In this document: piece by piece, positions 60,501-64,000 of the stretch | Numbering within the stretch: the stretch's first letter is position 1 | Layout of the letters: every line of letters begins with the position of its first letter | From: Nemertoderma westbladi | Taxonomy: Eukaryota > Animalia > Xenacoelomorpha | Assembly: GCA_032718475.1 (NCBI GenBank) | Contig: JAUCBJ010002546.1 | Coordinates: 17,176-81,175 of the forward strand | Direction: 5' to 3' | Length of the DNA stretch: 64,000 bases | Notes under the pieces: model-generated | What the model was told of the DNA's origin: nothing | What the model saw: the letters and a program-made list of their open reading frames with translations, nothing else | Databases searched by the model: none | Translations under genes and position numbers: made by a program

Positions 60501-63500
60501 GAAAGAGTAGATATTAGTGGGAGCGGTCTGTGGGGCAGAAAGAGTAGATATTAGTGGGAGCGGTCTGTGGGGCAGAAAGAGTAGATATTAGTGGGAGCGG
60601 TCTGTGGGGCAGAAAGAGTAGATATTAGTGGGTAGAAAGAGTAGATGTTAGCGGGAGCGGTCTGTGGGTAGAAAGAGTAGATATTAGTGGGAGCGGTCTG
60701 TGGGGCAGAAAGAGTAGATATTAGTGGGTAGAAAGAGTAGATATTAGTGGGAGCGGTCTGTGGGTAGAAAGAGTAGATGTTAGCGGGAGCGGTCTGTGGG
60801 TAGAAAGAGTAGATATTAGTGGGTAGAAAGAGTAGATGTTAGCGGGAGCGGTCTGTGGGTAGAAAGAGTAGATGTTAGCGGGAGCGGTCTGTGGGTAGAA
60901 AGAGTAGATATCAGTGGGTGCGGTCTGTGGGGCAGAAAGAGTAGATATTAGTGGGTAGAAAGAGTAGATGTTAGCGGGAGCGGTCTGTGGGGCAGAAAGA
61001 GTAGATATTAGTGGGAGCGGTCTGTGGGGTAGAAAGAGTAGATATTAGTGGGTAGAAAGAGTAGATATTAGTGGGTAGAAAGAGTAGATGTTAGCGGGAG
61101 CGGTCTGTGGGGCAGAAAGAGTAGATATTAGTGGGTAGAAAGAGTAGATATTAGTGGGTAGAAAGAGTAGATATTAGTGGGAGCGGTCTGTGGGGCAGAA
61201 AGAGTAGATATTAGTGGGAGCGGTCTGTGGGGCAGAAAGAGTAGATATTAGTGGGAGCGGTCTGTGGGTAGAAAGAGTAGATATCAGTGGGAGCGGTCTG
61301 TGGGGCAGAAAGAGTAGATATTAGTGGGTAGAAAGAGTAGATATTAGTGGGAGCGGTCTGTGGGTAGAAAGAGTAGATATTAGTGGGAGCGGTCTGTGGG
61401 TAGAAAGAGTAGATATTAGTGGGTAGAAAGAGTAGATGTTAGCGGGAGCGGTCTGTGGGGCAGAAAGAGTAGATATTAGTGGGTAGAAAGAGTAGATATT
61501 AGTGGGAGCGGTCTGTGGGTAGAAAGAGTAGATATTAGTGGGAGCGGTCTGTGGGTAGAAAGAGTAGATATTAGTGGGTAGAAAGAGTAGATATTAGTGG
61601 GAGCGGTCTGTGGGTAGAAAGAGTAGATATTAGTGGGTAGAAAGAGTAGATATTAGTGGGAGCGGTCTGTGGGTAGAAAGAGTAGATGTTAGCGGGAGCG
61701 GTCTGTGGGGCAGAAAGAGTAGATGTTAGCGGGAGCGGTCTGTGGGGCAGAAAGAGTAGATATTAGTGGGTAGAAAGAGTAGATATTAGTGGGAGCGGTC
61801 TGTGGGTAGAAAGAGTAGATATTAGTGGGTAGAAAGAGTAGATGTTAGCGGGAGCGGTCTGTGGGTAGAAAGAGTAGATGTTAGTGGGAGCGGTCTGTGG
61901 GTAGAAAGAGTAGATATTAGTGGGTAGAAAGAGTAGATATTAGTGGGAGCGGTCTGTGGGTAGAAAGAGTAGATATTAGTGGGAGCGGTCTGTGGGGCAG
62001 AAAGAGTAGATATTAGTGGGTAGAAAGAGTAGATATTAGTGGGAGCGGTCTGTGGGTAGAAAGAGTAGATATTAGTGGGTAGAAAGAGTAGATGTTAGTG
62101 GGAGCGGTCTGTGGGTAGAAAGAGTAGATGTTAGCGGGAGCGGTCTGTGGGTAGAAAGAGTAGATGTTAGTGGGAGCGGTCTGTGGGTAGAAAGAGTAGA
62201 TATTAGTGGGAGCGGTCTGTGGGTAGAAAGAGTAGATATTAGTGGGTAGAAAGAGTAGATGTTAGTGGGAGCGGTCTGTGGGTAGAAAGAGTAGATGTTA
62301 GCGGGAGCGGTCTGTGGGTAGAAAGAGTAGATATTAGTGGGAGCGGTCTGTGGGGTAGAAAGAGTAGATGTTAGTGGGAGCGGTCTGTGGGGCAGAAAGA
62401 GTAGATATTAGTGGGAGCGGTCTGTGGGGCAGAAAGAGTAGATATTAGTGGGAGCGGTCTGTGGGGCAGAAAGAGTAGATATTAGTGGGAGCGGTCTGTG
62501 GGGCAGAAAGAGTAGATATTAGTGGGAGCGGTCTGTGGGTAGAAAGAGTAGATGTTAGCGGGAGCGGTCTGTGGGTAGAAAGAGTAGATATTAGTGGGTA
62601 GAAAGAGTAGATGTTAGTGGGAGCGGTCTGTGGGTAGAAAGAGTAGATGTTAGCGGGAGCGGTCTGTGGGTAGAAAGAGTAGATATTAGTGGGAGCGGTC
62701 TGTGGGGCAGAAAGAGTAGATGTTAGTGGGAGCGGTCTGTGGGTAGAAAGAGTAGATGTTAGCGGGAGCGGTCTGTGGGGCAGAAAGAGTAGATATTAGT
62801 GGGAGCGGTCTGTGGGGCAGAAAGAGTAGATATTAGTGGGAGCGGTCTGTGGGGCAGAAAGAGTAGATATTAGTGGGAGCGGTCTGTGGGGCAGAAAGAG
62901 TAGATATTAGTGGGTAGAAAGAGTAGATGTTAGCGGGAGCGGTCTGTGGGGTAGAAAGAGTAGATATTAGTGGGAGCGGTCTGTGGGGCAGAAAGAGTAG
63001 ATATTAGTGGGTAGAAAGAGTAGATATTAGTGGGAGCGGTCTGTGGGTAGAAAGAGTAGATGTTAGCGGGAGCGGTCTGTGGGTAGAAAGAGTAGATATT
63101 AGTGGGTAGAAAGAGTAGATGTTAGTGGGAGCGGTCTGTGGGTAGAAAGAGTAGATGTTAGCGGGAGCGGTCTGTGGGGCAGAAAGAGTAGATATTAGTG
63201 GGAGCGGTCTGTGGGGCAGAAAGAGTAGATGTTAGTGGGAGCGGTCTGTGGGGTAGAAAGAGTAGATGTTAGCGGGAGCGGTCTGTGGGGCAGAAAGAGT
63301 AGATATTAGTGGGAGCGGTCTGTGGGGCAGAAAGAGTAGATATTAGTGGGAGCGGTCTGTGGGGCAGAAAGAGTAGATATTAGTGGGAGCGGTCTGTGGG
63401 GCAGAAAGAGTAGATATTAGTGGGTAGAAAGAGTAGATGTTAGCGGGAGCGGTCTGTGGGTAGAAAGAGTAGATATTAGTGGGAGCGGTCTGTGGGGCAG

Positions 63501-64000
63501 AAAGAGTAGATATTAGTGGGTAGAAAGAGTAGATATTAGTGGGAGCGGTCTGTGGGTAGAAAGAGTAGATGTTAGCGGGAGCGGTCTGTGGGTAGAAAGA
63601 GTAGATATTAGTGGGTAGAAAGAGTAGATGTTAGCGGGAGCGGTCTGTGGGTAGAAAGAGTAGATGTTAGCGGGAGCGGTCTGTGGGTAGAAAGAGTAGA
63701 TATCAGTGGGTGCGGTCTGTGGGGCAGAAAGAGTAGATATTAGTGGGTAGAAAGAGTAGATGTTAGCGGGAGCGGTCTGTGGGGCAGAAAGAGTAGATAT
63801 TAGTGGGAGCGGTCTGTGGGGTAGAAAGAGTAGATATTAGTGGGTAGAAAGAGTAGATATTAGTGGGTAGAAAGAGTAGATGTTAGCGGGAGCGGTCTGT
63901 GGGGCAGAAAGAGTAGATATTAGTGGGTAGAAAGAGTAGATATTAGTGGGTAGAAAGAGTAGATATTAGTGGGAGCGGTCTGTGGGGCAGAAAGAGTAGA
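18573..64000. repeat. Giant G-rich satellite of 23-bp (GGGTAGAAAGAGTAGATATTAGT) and 13-bp (GGGAGCGGTCTGT) modules, forming 23/36/37-bp units
   Basis: Continuous, in a single orientation to the window end, with no insertion seen. Recurrent variants are GGGT/GGGGC/GGGGT, ATATT/ATGTT/ATATC and AGT/AGC/AAT. Confidence 0.98.

Overview
Eukaryotic, repeat-dominated window, probably from an invertebrate (inference only). 1-3 kb holds three minisatellites (43, 42 and 16 bp units) and a small MITE candidate. 3.8-5.1 kb is a decayed BEL/Pao pol fragment. 6.2-9.3 kb holds a Merlin-like foldback element with an 8-bp TSD, a probable coding exon and a Kolobok-like remnant. 10428-16579 is a young, full-length Gypsy-order LTR retrotransposon with several non-canonical traits: CG...CG LTR termini, only a 3-bp apparent TSD, an LADD RT site, a degenerate dUTPase-like segment, and a tRNA-derived Pol III cassette in its 3' UTR. 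An orphan 319-codon ORF follows. From 18573 to the window end (>45 kb) runs a G-rich, strand-asymmetric satellite built from a 23-bp and a 13-bp module, with variant-coded higher-order duplications. No database searches were run; all assignments come from motifs read by eye.
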